A DNA stretch of 64,000 nucleotides, taken from assembly GCA_964016885.1 (NCBI GenBank), contig OZ024746.1:93372001-93436000 (forward strand), in the 5' to 3' direction. Made by a program: the position numbers and the translations under genes. Within the stretch, counting starts at the first letter, position 1. Each line of letters opens with the position of its first letter. A model generated the notes under the pieces. It worked only from the letters and a program-made list of their open reading frames with translations. It was not told the origin of the DNA and searched no databases. Below, one piece after another: positions 25,937 to 38,863 of this stretch. The stretch comes from Eledone cirrhosa (lineage: Eukaryota).

Positions 25937-26117
25937 GTGAAAAATCACAGACCCTCCATCTCAACTCTACTTTTGAAAAGCAGAAGAACTGCGAAACCGG
26001 TAAAGGAACCAAATAAATATAAGACTCCAGCTGCATTTTCGATTTCATCCTTTTTCCTTATACTTTCACTCGTGTAGGACACCTCGGTTATTTTTCATTT
26101 TGTAAAAAAAACCTTAC

Positions 26118-26123
<6 letters not shown>
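25937..26123 (+). mobile_element. Solo pLTR-like end of the PLE at 3980-6998, between (TA)n tracts
   Basis: It is near-identical to 6860-6998 and includes the variant hammerhead UUGAAAA GCAG-AAGAA-CUGC GAAA CCGG UA. Confidence 0.75.
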
Positions 26124-26197
<74 letters not shown>

Positions 26198-26205
<8 letters not shown>

Positions 26206-26391
26206 CGTAAAATAAGAAAATTATAAAATTAACTTACTTACTAAAATTTCACTCCCAACTAATTAGTTTCTGAAATGGAATAAATATACTTTCGGAAAGT
26301 ATATTTATTCCATTTCAGAAACTAATTAGTTGGGAGTGAAATTTTAGTAAGTAAGTTAATTTTATAATTTTCTTATTTTACGTCTCTCATA
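26198..26391. repeat. Near-perfect palindrome (~95-bp arms, 1-nt centre) abutting (TA)n
   Basis: 26198-26293 is the reverse complement of 26295-26391 with a 1-nt indel. Confidence 0.9.
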
Positions 26392-26876
26392 TTATTGTTC
26401 TGCAACCCCATGCATTGAACCACAAAGTTACTAAGACAAAACCTATATATTTGCTAGCATTGATATGCATCTATATATATATATATATATATGTATGTAT
26501 AGTATATTTGGTAATATACCGTATGTTTAATTAAAATATATATATATATATATATATATATGGTGACGATCGAATTCCAACCGTGACCATCTCCACTGAA
26601 AGTTTTCGTGAAATAGTCTTTTCAAGACTTTGTAGTTGTCCCAAATTGAAGGATGAGTATTTTAAACTTTATTTTATCATGAGGTAAGGCTCTATTGATT
26701 TTTCCATGGATTTCACTAAATTCTGTTGGATAAATCTATATCCTGATTCTTTTTGAATTGAGTTTGAATTATTTTTCCCACATCTTACGTTAACTATTTT
26801 CCCATTTTGACGCTATAGTCACTTATATATTATGGAATACTGTTGGCTTCTTGCTACAATACTTTCTATACCTTTC

Positions 26877-26936
<60 letters not shown>

Positions 26937-27615
26937 GCTCTCTAAAATAACTTTTATTTCATTTAATGTCTTATAAAAAATTATTGTCTGGCGACTGTTC
27001 CTAAAATATGGGTTCCAAGATTTTTGGAAAACCGTATAAGGGTTCTGCTATATTTGGGAATCCCTCATTAATGTGTGTATTCACACACACACACATATAC
27101 ACACACAGAAACACACATAGACACACACATCTCTCACACACTGAAATAGGCATACATACACATCTAAATTGCAAGAACTCTCAAGCGGTGAGCGACCTCA
27201 TTCCAAACCATTTATCTCTCACCCTCACTCTCTCTCTCTCTAGCTATATATCTCTATATTTATATACCTATTGCGAATATACTCGGGTGGATTCTTCTTC
27301 TATATCTCTTTCTCATTTCCTCTCTCTCACTTTCCATCTTTCTCCGGGAGAAATCTGCTGTACTCTGGCCTGGAAAAGAGGTCTAATAACACGGAAAATA
27401 TCCACAGTTGTCTCTGCACTGACATGATTAAGATAATATTATTATTGAGCTAATGTCGTTTCCTCACCGCACAAATAGTTCTAATGAGGTACTTTATGCC
27501 CATTACATTAAATATGTTATCACTAACTTGACTATTGTTTTTTTATGCGCATGGCGTCTCTGAGTAATTAACCGTTTTTCCGGGTATGTCAATATTTATT
27601 TATAAAACAAATCTG

Positions 27616-27681
27616 TATTTTATCTGATGAAAGCGCACCATAATTTGCCTTGGTTGCCCTTGAAATATGTATAATAAAATA
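27616..27681 (+). ncRNA. Minimal type I hammerhead ribozyme
   Basis: UAUUUUAU CUGAUGA AAG-CGCACCA...UGGUUGC-CCUU GAAA UAUGUA UA AUAAAAUA. Confidence 0.8.
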
Positions 27682-27801
27682 AATATGGTTTTATAAATAT
27701 AGTTTCCATTTATTAATATATTGTATATTTACTCCACTAATTTGTTGAGTGCTTTATATCAGTTATAAAATTTTTTAAATTTTTAAATTAAATATAACCT
27801 C

Positions 27802-27895
<94 letters not shown>

Positions 27896-28019
27896 AGGTG
27901 AGTTTTATTGTAGCACAATAAAGCAATGCAAATATCGGATAAGTAGCACTCAATATATTAACGCAAATATCATCCCATGATGATATTTGGTTTTGAAATG
28001 CGCATAATAAAATACATGG

Positions 28020-28348
28020 AACTCTTTTAACCATCTTTTGATTTTATATTATGTATATATATATATATATATAGTTAAAAGAATAGAGGTGTAACACACA
28101 AGTTATTATATATTGGTAAACGGAATAGAAAATGCTGACAAATTGTTCACAGTTGAAAAATGGTTTAATTAGGAATAAAAGAGTATTAGCGATTGTATGG
28201 GTTAGTATTCAGTTGTGGTTTTAAGTTTTTAAGTTTTTACTTAAAACCACAACTGAATACTAACCCATACAATCACTAATACTCTTTTATCCCTAATTAA
28301 ACCATTTTTCAACTGTGAACAATTTGTCAGCATTTTCTATTCCGTTTA

Positions 28349-28391
<43 letters not shown>

Positions 28392-28416
28392 AAATCAAAA
28401 GATGGTTAAAAGAGTT
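28020..28416. repeat. Nested inverted repeats around (TA)n: inner ~115-bp arms, outer ~33-bp arms
   Basis: 28112-28226 is the reverse complement of 28239-28353. 28020-28052 is the reverse complement of 28384-28416. Confidence 0.85.
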
Positions 28417-28417
28417 C

Positions 28418-28515
<98 letters not shown>

Positions 28516-29089
28516 TATCTATCTGTCTGTATGTCTGTCTATCTATTCAACTAGCTCTCCCCCTTCCTCTCTTCTCCCTCTTTCTCTTTATCTATCTATT
28601 TATCTATCTGTGCTTCTGTCTCTCTCTTTTATCCCCTTTTCTCTATCCATCTAGCCATCTATCTATCTATCTATCTATCTATATGTCTACCTATTTTTCT
28701 AACCACCCATATATCTATATATTTATTTACCTCTCTCTCTGTATCTCTCTCACTCTATCTTTCCCTCTCTCTCTCTCGCTCTCTATCTATCTATCTAGCT
28801 ATGTATCTACCTCCACCTTATATGCCGGTGACTCGGCGTGGCACAAACCCAATACTTATAAACTAACATCAGAAGACACGCTATCGTGTTTCATGTCAGG
28901 AATGTATCCTTAAACACTCTGTATCAATTCTATTGCACTGTTACTTGTTCGCCAAAGAAATAACTACCTGCTGACAACAGCTCTCTGCTTCTGTCGTCTG
29001 CTTGGCACCAGGAATTGCTTTCTAGCATATGACGTGGCAATTACCGATTGGTTGAAAAAGCGAGAGAGTGAATGAGAAAGGGTGAGGAC

Positions 29090-29114
29090 GGACGAGAGAG
29101 TAAGGAATACACAG

Positions 29115-29147
<33 letters not shown>

Positions 29148-29180
29148 CTATGTGAGAAAGAAAGTGTAAGGAATACACAG

Positions 29181-29232
<52 letters not shown>

Positions 29233-29343
29233 TATGTGAGAAAGAAAGTGTAAGGAATACAAAGACTCTGTGTGTGTGTGTGTGCGTGTGTGTGTGTGTG
29301 TCTATGTGAGAAAGAAAGTGTAAGTAATACACAGACTGTGTGT

Positions 29344-29395
<52 letters not shown>

Positions 29396-29990
29396 ATGTG
29401 TGTGTCTGAGAAAGAAAGTGTAAGGAATACACAGACTGTGTGTGTGTGTGCATGTGTGTATGTGGGTGTGTGTGTGTGTACATGTGTGTGTCTATGTGAG
29501 AAAGAAAGTAAGGAATACACAGACTGTGTGTGTGTGTGTGCATGTGTGTATATCTGTGTGTGTGTGTACATGTGTGTGTCTGTGTGAGAAAGAAAGTGTA
29601 AGGAATACACAAACTGTATGTGTGTGTGTGCATATGTGTGTATGTGCATATGTGTGTGTGTGCGCGCGCATGTGTGTATGTGTGTGTGTATGTGTGTGTA
29701 TGTGTGAGAAAGAGAGAGTAATACACAGACTGCGAGTATGTATGTGTGTGTGTGTGTGCATATGTGTGTATGTGCATATGAGTGTGTGTGTGCGTGTGTG
29801 TAGGTGTGTGTGTGTATGTGTGTGTATGTGTGAGAAAGAGAGAGTAATACACAGACTGCGAGTATGTATGTGTGTGTGTGTGTGCATATGTGTGTATGTG
29901 CATATGAGTGTGTGTGTGTGTGTGTGTGTAGGTGTGTGTGTGTATGTGTGTGTATGTGTGAGAAAGAGAGAGTAATACACAGATTGCGTG
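29090..29990. repeat. Compound minisatellite: constant ~30-bp unit separated by variable (GT)-rich tracts
   Basis: GAGAAAGAAAGTGTAAGGAATACACAGACT, and its variant GAGAAAGAGAGAGTAATACACAGACT, recur about 10 times. Confidence 0.85.
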
Positions 29991-30110
29991 TATGTGTGTG
30001 TACGTATGTGTGATTCTGTCTGAGAAAGGGAGTGAGAGAGGGGGAGTGCGGGAGAGAGAGAGGGAGAGTGATAGAGAGAGAGAGAGAGAGAGTGAGAGTG
30101 AGAGAGAGTA

Positions 30111-30145
<35 letters not shown>

Positions 30146-32350
30146 CAGACTGAGAGAGTGAGAGGGAGAGAAAGTGTGTGTGTGTGTGTATGTATGTATA
30201 TGTAAGTGTGTGAATGTATGTATGTATATGTAAGTGTAAGTGTGTGTGTGTATGTATATGTGTGTGTGAATATGTATGTATATGTAAGTGTGTGTGTGCG
30301 CGTATGTATGTATATGTAAGTGTGTGTGAATATGTTTGCATATGAATGTATATGTAAGTGTGTATATATATATATATATTAATTTATGTTTATTTATTTA
30401 TGTTTGGTGGTTCACCACGAGATAGAACTTCCGTTTATTTCATTCCGTTTATTTAACCATGATGTAATTGTAGAAAAAGCACTCTACGTTACGCAATTCA
30501 TCCTTCATTGATGTTGAATCTTTTGGCTGGGGCAGGAACGGAGTTAAACTTTAGTTTGATTAAAACAATAGGAGGCTGGACTAGTGATGTTCCTTTAAAT
30601 TTATTGTTGCAAAAACACCATATATACTTCAATGGCCTGGTTACGTAACACCCTGGCGACATCATCAGGTTCGGATTGCATAATAATTGTTTCTACTTTT
30701 GGCACAAGGCCAGCAATTATCCCAGTGTATTACTGGTACTTTCTTTTATCGACCCCGTAAGGATGAAAGGCAAAGTTAACCTCGGCGGGATTTGAACTCA
30801 GACCGTAAAGGGACGTAACTGTGCTGCAAAGCATGGCGTCCGATTGCATAATAATAACCATAAGCCGTCCTCACCTCGCTGTAGGGGGCTCGGGGCAATT
30901 ACCTCCTTTGCTCCCCATTAACTCCGGCCCTGATGACAATAACCCAAGTTGAGATACTGTGGGTCCGAACTCCGGACCTAATGATTGCGAAGCAAGCTCC
31001 TTAACCATTCGGCAACCATTCGGCAGCCATACGACATTCACGTATGTGTGTATGTGTGTATGAAAGCGCGAGATGAAAGATGTGAGGAGGCATAGGTACA
31101 AGAGAGAGGGTGGAGGAGAGATACGGGAGAAAGGGAAGGGAGTGGTGGGAGAGAGGAGAGAGGAGAGAAGAGAGGGGGCAGAGAGAGAGAGAGAGGATAA
31201 TAGAGAGAAGGGAGAGAGTGGAGAGAGAGAGACGGGGTGGGGGTGAGAGGAGAGTGAGTGAGAATGATAGACATGGAATCGTCTATCAAAACAAAAGAGA
31301 TGTGTGTTTTCTCTGAGAAAGCCATTCTGGTTTCTATTCTATTATTTGGCCACCAGAGGGCAGTGGATTAGCAGTACCAGTATCGGTAGAACATCGGACT
31401 AAATGCTTCGCAGAGTAGAGTTACGGCCCATTATGTTCTGAGTTGGAATCCTGCCGAGGTTAGCTTTACCTTTCATCCTTACGGCGTTGATAAAATAAAG
31501 TACCATTCATACACTGGGGTCGAATTAATCGACTTTCCTCTCCCGAAAATCGTTGACCTTGTGCCTAAATCAGAAACCATTATTTTGCCACCGGTCTGCT
31601 CTGATCAAACAGTCCTATGATCAGGTCAAAGGCGCTCTGGTCGGTTTTGTTTTTGTCCTGCAGGGTGTCTAAAATCACCCTCCTCACCAAGTAAACTTGG
31701 TGGGGTTGCCGGTTTAGTCGCCGACGACCCGACCATACGACAGGTTGTTCTGGGTTACATGCTACCAGTAGCACTGAAGAGTGACTCAAGACCACTTCAT
31801 AAAACAAAACAAAAAAAGGAAAGGAACTAATTGTTATATTGGACTAATCGATCAATTGATGGACGTCCATCAGTTTCGATCATGAGTGTTCTAGTCATTC
31901 AATCAACGGAACAACTTGCCTATGAAATGAGCGTGTAAGTGGCTGAGCAATCCACAGACATGTGAACCCATAACGTAATTCTCAGGGAAATTCAGTTTGA
32001 CATATAGTTCTACGTGGCTGGTCCTTTGAATTACAGGCAGCACAGTCCACCTGACGGGGTACCAAACAGTTTCCGTCCATTCACAAGGCATGACCGGACT
32101 TAGGAAACAATGTTTCCATTTGTCTTTTCTTTGCAGATACTATCTGTCAGTCGCAAATCCTGGCAGAAGGAGAAATGCGAAATAAGTACTTTGTTCAAGA
32201 ACACAATGCACCAATTGGTGCAGGATTCGAACTCACGACCTTATGATTGTGAGTCCAATACCTTAACTAATAAGCCACGTGTCAGTGTCCTTATTTTCTG
32301 AGACCTGAAATCATTCACCAACGAGATTATAGCTAAACACACAAAAGAAC

Positions 32351-32686
32351 CAGACGTCGAAAACATCCACCAATAAGATCATAGTTTAACACTCAACACT
32401 ACCAGATCTTGAAAACATCCACTAATAAGATCATAGTTTAACACTCAACACTACCAGACCTCGAAAACATCCACAAATAAGATCATAGTTTAACACTCAA
32501 CACTACCAGATCTTGAAAACATCCACTAATAAGATCATAGTTTAACACTCAACACTACCAGATCTTGAAAACATCCACTAATAAGATCATAGTTTAACAC
32601 TCAACACTACCAGACCTCGAAAACATCCACAAATAAGATCATAGTTTAACACTCAACACTACCAGATCTTGAAAACATCCACCAAT
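32351..32686. repeat. Minisatellite, 52-bp unit x~6.5 with two alternating variants
   Basis: CCAGA(TCTT/CCTC)GAAAACATCCAC(T/A)AATAAGATCATAGTTTAACACTCAACACTA. Confidence 0.9.
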
Positions 32687-33047
32687 AGGAACATGTCAAT
32701 CTTGTCTCTCGTAACAGCACAAAATCACAATCACTAGACATATCAAGGAAATATTATCGTATCCCTATCCTAACCATGAACAGCAGGCAACTTGTAATCT
32801 CAGGTTTGCGGTGGTGTTTCAGTTTTGGTATATAAAATAAAGGAAAGTCAATGAAAGGAAAGTGAATGAAACTGACAGGAAATGAAAGGTATTTGCTTTT
32901 TACGAAGTAAATCTTCGCCTTTTGAATTCTTTTAAAAATCAATACTTTTTTCAATACTGATTTGTTTCCTCGCACAAAATGTTAACCGTCAGTTACCGTC
33001 TGCCAATAAATTAGCGCAACAAGACGAAAAAGTTGGATATGAGACTC

Positions 33048-33213
33048 CAGGGCCTATGAGAGGGGCGTCCAGCCGGTACTTTGTTCCGGGGCCCAAGACC
33101 TAAGAAGACGCACAGCAACCATGCAGTATCCATTTTGAGAAAAATCTTTGCCTGCTTCGGGCTCCAAAATCTTTGCCTGCTTCGGCCTTGCAAAATTTGT
33201 CTTGGAGGCCCTG
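33048..33213. mobile_element. hAT-type MITE with perfect 8-bp TSD
   Basis: TIRs CAGGGCCT/AGGCCCTG. The TSD TGAGACTC lies at 33040-33047 and 33214-33221. Confidence 0.85.
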
Positions 33214-33347
33214 TGAGACTCAGAAAAGACAAACCCTTGCTTAAGGTTACAATAAGACTTGCACGTTTCATTCAGTCTCATTTTATTTTAGAGGTATTTC
33301 CTTTCACTTTAAACCACTTTCATTTGATTGTCTGTCATTTTATATGC

Positions 33348-33578
33348 TTAACCCTTTAACATTTAAACCGGCTGTATCCAGCCAGATTTCTCTCACCCTT
33401 TTCTGTTCAAACCGACTGTAACCGGCTGCTTATACCGACGTTAAGGTATTGTTCTCAAAATAAATAATATCAAAATCTCATAGATTCAATATTAAATGAG
33501 ATAATTTTGTGAGGTAAAAAACCTTTACTATGAAAATACAATAGTAAATATAGAGTAATGTAAATGTTAAAGGGTTAA
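33348..33578. mobile_element. piggyBac-type MITE
   Basis: TTAA|CCCTTTAACATTTA ... TAAATGTTAAAGGG|TTAA. Related copies at 42360-42586 and ~42880-43075. Confidence 0.8.
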
Positions 33579-33988
33579 ACAGAAATATCTGTTAAGTTTA
33601 TTTAAAATGCTAGTTATAACGATCGTGGCGAGTATACACACACAACATAGCGAAGACTAGACTTCCTCTTCGGACATCGAAACTATCCCCTCCCCATTTG
33701 CAGGATTAATATTCTGTGACACCATTGACCATACGTCTCCTCTGCCAGAGCTGAATTGGAACAGAAAAAACAAGGAAAAACAACAAAAATAACATTAGCC
33801 AATGAAAAGAAGTCTACGTTATGGATTTACTTGTAAAAATTATCAACGAAATCGTTTTCAAAATCACACTATACAGTCATAACAGTAGATTTTATTGTCT
33901 ACTGAGCACGATATGTCTGGGGAGAAAGTTGGGGTGGTCGTAACTGGAATGCTTTTGATTATACATTTACTTATACATTTACTTATGC

Positions 33989-34121
33989 ATTCAAAGCCGT
34001 TGTCGTTGAGATCTCCAATGTCATCGGTCCCCGGACTACACTCCACTTGAGGACGAAGCGCCGTGAGGTGGAATGGCTGATGCAGCGAGTGTCGCTGGCT
34101 CTTCTCTGTGGCAGGGATTTC
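33989..34121 (+). mobile_element. Small CRE-like C-terminal remnant
   Basis: FKAVVVEISNVIGPRTT...EVEWLMQRVSLALLCG aligns with VPLVVETSGVLGPRAT...IEWLFQRISLTILRG of 14345-14990. Confidence 0.6.
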
Positions 34122-34124
34122 CCT

Positions 34125-34234
<110 letters not shown>

Positions 34235-34649
34235 TCCCCCTCTCTCTTTCTTTCTCCCCTCCCCCTCCTTTCCCCCAAAGTTTTTATTTATTTTCTTGTC
34301 AGTTTCTAAACAATGGAATTAGCCTGTCTGTTTCGTATTTGCAATGAAAATGAGAAAAGTAAAGAAGATAATATTTATTTAGATTTATCGTGAAATTTAG
34401 TTTCAGTCTGTTCCAATTCGTTTTGTATGGAGGGCTTATTTTTTTATTTTTGCCGTTCGATGTAAATATACTTTCAAGCAAGCTATGTAGTAAATACATT
34501 AGGTTTAAGATCATGTGTGAAATGGAAATGGAACAATTCACTTTACTGTAGAAAAAAAATCCTGCCATTCGCTATTTCCTATTTCAAATTTACTTAAAAC
34601 AGATCGTTGTGTAATTTTCCCATGATGCAATGTTGATTTAAGCTGAAAC

Positions 34650-35660
34650 CTTACCATCACCACCATCACCACCATCACCACCATCACAATCATCACCACA
34701 GCCCCCTCCCTCGCCCACCACCAACACCACCAACACTATCACCACCACCACCACTGCCACCACCAACACTATCACCACCAACACCACCATACCACCACCA
34801 CCATACCAACACCACCACTATCAACACCACTATCACCACTTCCACCACAAACACTATCACCACCACCACCACTATACCACCACCACCACCACCACCAACA
34901 CAACCATCACCACCACCACCACCACCACCATACCAACACCACCACTATCAACACCACTATCACCACTGCCACCACCAACACCACCAACACCACCACCACC
35001 ACCATACCACAACCACCACCACCACCACCATACCACCACCACCATACCACCACCACCATACCACCACCACCATACCACCACCACCATACCACCACCACCA
35101 TACCACCACCACCATACCAACACCACCACTATCAACACCACTATCACCACTGCCACCACCAACACCACCAACACTATCACCACCAACACAACCACCACCA
35201 GCACCACCATACCACCACCACCATACCACCACCACCATACCACCACCACCATACCACCACCACCATACCACCACCACCATACCAACACCACCACTATCAA
35301 CACCACTATCACCACTGCCACCACCAACACCACCAACACTATTACCACCAACACAACCACCACCAGCACCACCACCAGCACCACCATAACTACCACCACC
35401 ACCACCACCATCACCACCACCACCACCATACCAACACCACCACTACCACCACTGCCACCACCAACACCACCATCATCACCACCACAACCACAGCTGCCAC
35501 TAACACCATTACCATCCACCTCCTACCCCCCCATCACGATCATTATTACCACCACCACCTCTACCACTGACACCACCACTAAAAACCACCATCTACTTCC
35601 TACCCCACCGCTACTAACACCCCAACCCCACAGCCACCCACCACCACCCACCACCACCAT
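34650..35660. repeat. (ACC/CCA)n-derived low-complexity array (similar arrays at 43157-43680, 49280-49850, 50055-50565)
   Basis: Degenerate CAC/CCA/CCAT triplet repeats with internal block duplications. Confidence 0.9.
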
Positions 35661-35912
35661 CTCTGTTGAGAAGTAACCGACAAGCCACTTCAGTTTTTAC
35701 GAATTTCAGTGGAATATTTAGTCTGGATTAGTCAAAGATTAACTCTTAATGTCCTGTACCGCATAAAACCACAGTAGCAAAACATTCGTTAAAAGTACAA
35801 AACTGTACTAGAGTTGACAGCGATGAATTCGTTTTGTAAGATTTCTGATATGAAATCGTGTGTTGAAACAAACATTGTTATATTTGGGGAGGGTCAGGTT
35901 GTTATAGTGGAA

Positions 35913-36150
35913 ACACGTGGCCTAGTGGTAAGGGTCATGAACTTACGATCATAATGTCATGGGTTCGATTCCTGAGTTGCGTGTTGCGTTCTGGAACAAA
36001 ACACTTCATTTCAGCTGAAAACGAGTACCAGCAGTAGCTGGGGTTTAACCCTGCGATGTCCAGCGGGGAGTCTTGTACTCTCAGTCGCTTCACGCCATGA
36101 AACGGGGACAAGCACCGGCCAAATGAGCCTCTGGCTTAAGACAGACTTTA
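35913..36150 (+). mobile_element. Near full-length tRNA-derived SINE inserted into a PLE-like terminal repeat
   Basis: A box TGGCCTAGTGG and B box GGTTCGATTCC. The flanks rejoin to match 36520-36600, and TGTTATA is duplicated. Confidence 0.7.
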
Positions 36151-36319
36151 GACATGTTATAATATTACCAGAAAAAATATATAGTAAAAGACATTCACTT
36201 TTTGGTTTGGGTTGGTTTTCGCTTCAGTATATTTTGTATTTCTATAATTAATTCAGCTGGCAATCAATATTAATCATTGATTGACCAACAGTTAAAAATA
36301 TAGATATAAATATAGTTTC

Positions 36320-36359
36320 TCAGAATTCTTTCGTCACACAACTGTGACATCATCAGTGA
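36320..36359 (-). ncRNA. Minimal hammerhead ribozyme-like motif
   Basis: Minus strand: UCA CUGAUGA U-GUCACA-GUUG-UGUGAC GAAA GAAU UC UGA. Confidence 0.6.
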
Positions 36360-38275
36360 TTTTAGTATGTTTCCTCCCGTTGTATTATTGTAATGTTTTC
36401 TTATTCTAGAATTGCATCAGATAAATGTCAAAATCTTTAGTCCAGTTTGTTGCGAATATTTACAATGATCTGTCCAATAGTAAAAATACTATGAACATTT
36501 AGTACAAAACAGCACTATGATTTTGTTATATTTGGGGAGGGGTCATATTACATTAATATTACCAGAAAATATATAGTAAAACACACTCACTGTTTGGTTA
36601 ACAGAAAACAGTCTTTCAATAATCTGTTGGCTTGGCATAAGCTTGTGCTTTGATATGAAATCATGTGTTGAAAGAGTTATTGTTATATTTGTGCTGTCAC
36701 AGCACAAGGTTATGTCAAGCCGACAGGTTATTGAAAGACACTGTTTTCTGTTAACCAAACAGTGAGTGTGTTTTACTATATATTTTTCTGACAATATTAT
36801 AGCAACATGACCCTCCTCAAATATAACAGTCTCTGTTTCAACACACGATTTTATACCAAAAGCCTTGCAGAACAAATTCATTGCCGTCACAACACTATGA
36901 CTGCCTCACAAAAATTAAAGTCTTTAGTTTACTGCAAATTTTCACAACAATCTGTTCACTAGCAAAAATACTGAAAACATGTAAATTAACAAACCCTTTT
37001 TAAAAGTTTTTCCTGCCAAATCGTTACATGATGATAAGAGTTAATGGGAGGGGGAAGGCTGACAGGACCCTACAATATTTATCAAAGGGGCTGCGAATTC
37101 AAGAAACTTCATGAAGTATATTGTTATTGTTGCTATTTAGGCCCAAGTCAGCCTTAATCAAGCAGACCTCTGATTAAGACATCCCTGTCATAACTCTTCT
37201 TCTTCTTCTTCTTCTTCTTCTTCTTCTTCTTCTTCTTCTTCTTCTTCTTCTTCTTCTTCTTCTTCTTCTTCTTCTTCTTCTTCTTCTTCGCCCACTTATT
37301 CCTGAGAGGGTCGTGGGGGCAGAGTCCTCAAACACTCCTTCCAGCGGGTCCTGTCAGAAGCAACCGTCTCCACCTGATCCGGCTGGATCTCCAAGCGAGA
37401 CCAGTCAATCACATGGTAGTTATCCAACCATCTTGTTTAGGGTGTACCCCTGGATCTCCTGCCGGTTGTATTTTTGCCCGTAAAATCTGTCCAGCTATCC
37501 CTGTAAATTTTATGTCCAGCATGTCCTCCTCTATTTTAAAAGAGAGTAGTAGAGTTTGATTTTCAGAAGATCTGGTTACCATTCCTAGTATATAAAGTGA
37601 TGGCGCAGTCTACTCGTAACTCCTGGTAAGGGAGCCGCCGTGACATACATCGCCATCTCTTCTTCAGGCCTGAACACAGCTGATTTCTTCCAGAGAAGGA
37701 GAGAGAGAACCATAGGGAAGTAGTGAGGAAGGCTTGCACTTTACTTATCAACCTCGAAACAATGAAAGGAAAATTTGATCTCGGCGAATTCGCTGCCTAT
37801 TAATGGTCTTTACTTTAGGCAAAAGGTCAGCAATTTGGAAGGAAGGGATAAGGAAACATTGATGTAATTGACTGGTACTTTGTTCTATATAGGCTGACCA
37901 CCTCGAATTACAGGTGCAACTAATTTTTGCCTGCTGAGTGGACTGAAGCAACGAGAAATAAATAAAGTGTCTTGCTCAAGGACACAACACGCCGTCGGGA
38001 ATCGAACTCATGACCTGAATACCCTACCCACAATGCCACGCGCCTTCACACGGATGGACCGTACATGTAATTTGAAGGACCATCCTTATCACACACGGTG
38101 TCACAATGGATCTCCCTGAGAATTATGTTAAATTTACACTTTAATTTCATGAGCTGGCTGTTCAGCTGATCGAACAATTGCAACGCTCATCGTCGAAGTC
38201 GGTGGATGATCCATCGAAGTGTTTGCTCAAAACGACTGAAACGTATCGCAGTGTAGAAAACTTAATATGTTGCTA

Positions 38276-38863
38276 TCTATATAATATTAAAACTCTGTGA
38301 TTGCTTGCTTGCTTGTCTGTAATGTAATACAGCCAAAATGGCGCATAATGGGAAAATACTTTGAAAGGAAGTTGACCCTGAAATGGGAATACAAATGGAA
38401 TAAAACAAGTTTCGTGTAAATCGGACCACGGGTTCCAGAGATATAGGGTTTTTCCGGGTACCTTCATAAACAAAGAGAGAGAAAGATAGAGAGGAAGAGA
38501 TAGTGGTTGTGAGAGAGTAGATTGAAAGAGAGAGATAGAGAGAGGGAGAGGAGACAGAGAAGGAGAATGGAAGAGATAGAGAGCTGGTAGTATTGTTGTG
38601 CATATTTATACATGTGAGTGTGTGAGTGTCTATGACCAGTGTATATAGATCACAGACACCCTACACATACACACACACACATATATATATATATATACGT
38701 ACACACACACACACATATATATATATATGGGCCTTCCAGTTTCATTTCACATTATATACATGTCTGTGTGTATTTTAATTATTTAAAAATTATTTTAAAG
38801 TGAACATGATTTTAAAAAAATATTTTGAAGTGAACGTGACCCAACGGGTCATGGGTGGTCTAG
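38276..38863 (+). mobile_element. Non-autonomous Helitron
   Basis: A|TC 5' end. The 3' hairpin CGTGACCC-AAC-GGGTCATG is followed by CTAG|T. No TSD. Confidence 0.7.

Noticed and set aside
29090-29990. CRISPR-like pattern of constant ~30-bp repeats with variable spacers
   Set aside because: The spacers are (GT)n microsatellites related to each other, there are no cas genes, and the context is eukaryotic. It is a compound minisatellite.
30620-30670. Additional hammerhead on the minus strand (CUGAUGA...GAAG UAUAUA)
   Set aside because: The core GAAA is mutated and stems I and II do not pair convincingly. It is at most a dead relic.
32351-32686. Regular repeat array as possible CRISPR
   Set aside because: These are pure 52-bp tandem units with no unique spacers.
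33864-34120. GC-rich patch as possible host exon on the minus strand
   Set aside because: The plus-strand translation matches the CRE-like retrotransposon C-terminus.
35913-35985. tRNA gene
   Set aside because: A and B boxes are present, but there is no intact cloverleaf and it continues into a SINE body.
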